Made by a program: the position numbers and the translations under genes
The notes under the pieces: generated by a model
Seen by the model: the letters and a program-made list of their open reading frames with translations, nothing else
Told to the model about the DNA's origin: nothing
The model's database searches: none
NCBI GenBank assembly: GCA_001662655.1
Contig: KV460221.1
Direction: 5' to 3' (one strand)
Length of the DNA: 20,000 nt
DNA from: Pseudogymnoascus verrucosus
Taxonomy: Eukaryota
In this document: positions 19,136-20,000 of the stretch, piece after piece
Layout of the letters: the number at the start of each line of letters is the position of its first letter
How positions within the stretch are numbered: position 1 is the stretch's first letter

Positions 19136-20000
19136 ATGGCGAAAGAAAAATCTATAAACCCAGCGCAAGCCCAGCGCAAGGCCGAGAAAGCTAAAGCTGT
19201 CAAGAAAGGTATCCTCCCCCCTCCCCTCCCCCCACCCCCTCCCATTTCACTCCCCAGCAACACCGGCTAACCCCCTTCCCCCCACAGGCAAAGCAGAAGC
19301 CCAAACCCGCCGCACCGAGAAGCTCGCCCGCCGCAACCCCGAACGTCTCCAAACACAGCTCTCCTCCCTCCTCGCCATCGAGTCTTCGGGCACAAAACTT
19401 ACCGCTCACGAGGTGCGATTAAAAGAGGAGCTGGAGAAAGATCTTAAAGCTGTCCGCAAGGCGAGGGAGACGTTGGGGGATAAGGCGCCTGCGTTTGGAC
19501 GGGGGGGTGGAGATAGGGAGGGGAGGGATAGGGAGGGTGGGAGAGATGGGGGGAGGGGAGGGGGGGTGTTGGGGAAGAGGAGAAGGGATGGGGGAAGGGG
19601 AGGAGGGGAGGAGAGTGAAAGTGATGTCCCTGAAGAGGTAGCTGGTGTGCCGATGCCGAGGGATACGCCGCCACCTATACCGAAGGAGGTGCTTGATAAA
19701 TGGTACCAAGCGCGCCGAGACAGATGGGCGGCGAATAACCCGCAGCAGGCGGGTCGGGGAGGGGAGGGGAGAGGAGAGGGGAGTAGCGCGAATGCAATGC
19801 CACTTGGTGCGAATGCACGCGAAGTCGGCACCGGAGGCAGGGAAGAGGAGAGGAGGAGGGTTCCCCAGCCAGTGGTGGAGGCGAAAACGGTATACGAAGC
19901 TGCGCCGGCGATTAGGGATCTAAGGAAAGAAGCGGTGAGTGCGTTTGTGCCGGCGGCGGTGAGGAGGAAGATGGAGATGGCGGGGGGGGGGGGGGGGTGG
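19136..20000 (+). CDS. WBP11: WW domain-binding protein 11 family splicing factor (5' part, truncated by window edge)
   Basis: Exon 1 19136-19208, a 79-nt intron (GTATCC...GCTAAC...CAG), and exon 2 from 19288. Product: MAKEKSINPAQAQRKAEKAKAVKKGKAEAQTRRTEKLARRNPERLQ...LEKDLKAVRKARE...RG-rich...VPMPRDTPPPIP...KTVYEAAPAIRDLRKEAVSAFVPAAVRRK, matching the fungal Wbp11 pattern. Confidence 0.88.

Overview
Eukaryotic, intron-containing DNA from a filamentous ascomycete. The introns are short GT-AG with CTAAC/CTGAC branch sites. The C-rich/G-rich patchwork is reminiscent of Pseudogymnoascus-type Leotiomycetes, but that assignment is inference only. Five protein-coding genes could be reconstructed exon by exon: a Gin4/Hsl1/Cdr2-family Ser/Thr kinase (minus, 4 exons, ~1264 aa); SMC5 (plus, 4 exons, ~1126 aa), divergent from the kinase; a 9-exon LaeA-like class I SAM methyltransferase (minus, ~396 aa); a COMT-type O-methyltransferase (plus, 2 exons, ~403 aa), divergent from the LaeA-like gene; and the 5' part of a WBP11-family splicing factor running off the right edge. 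The left 1.3 kb looks like the long, spliced 5' leader of a minus-strand gene leaving the window. The coding content is ordinary. The unexplained signals are non-coding: a degenerate tRNA-like Pol III A/B-box element followed by a perfect hairpin (11.86-12.12 kb), a three-hairpin candidate structured RNA upstream of WBP11 (18.71-18.88 kb), three short-motif arrays in UTR or intron space, a candidate 8-nt micro-exon, a uORF abutting the kinase start, and several alternative-splicing opportunities. No transposon ORF or CRISPR array was found, and no novel system can be claimed with confidence.
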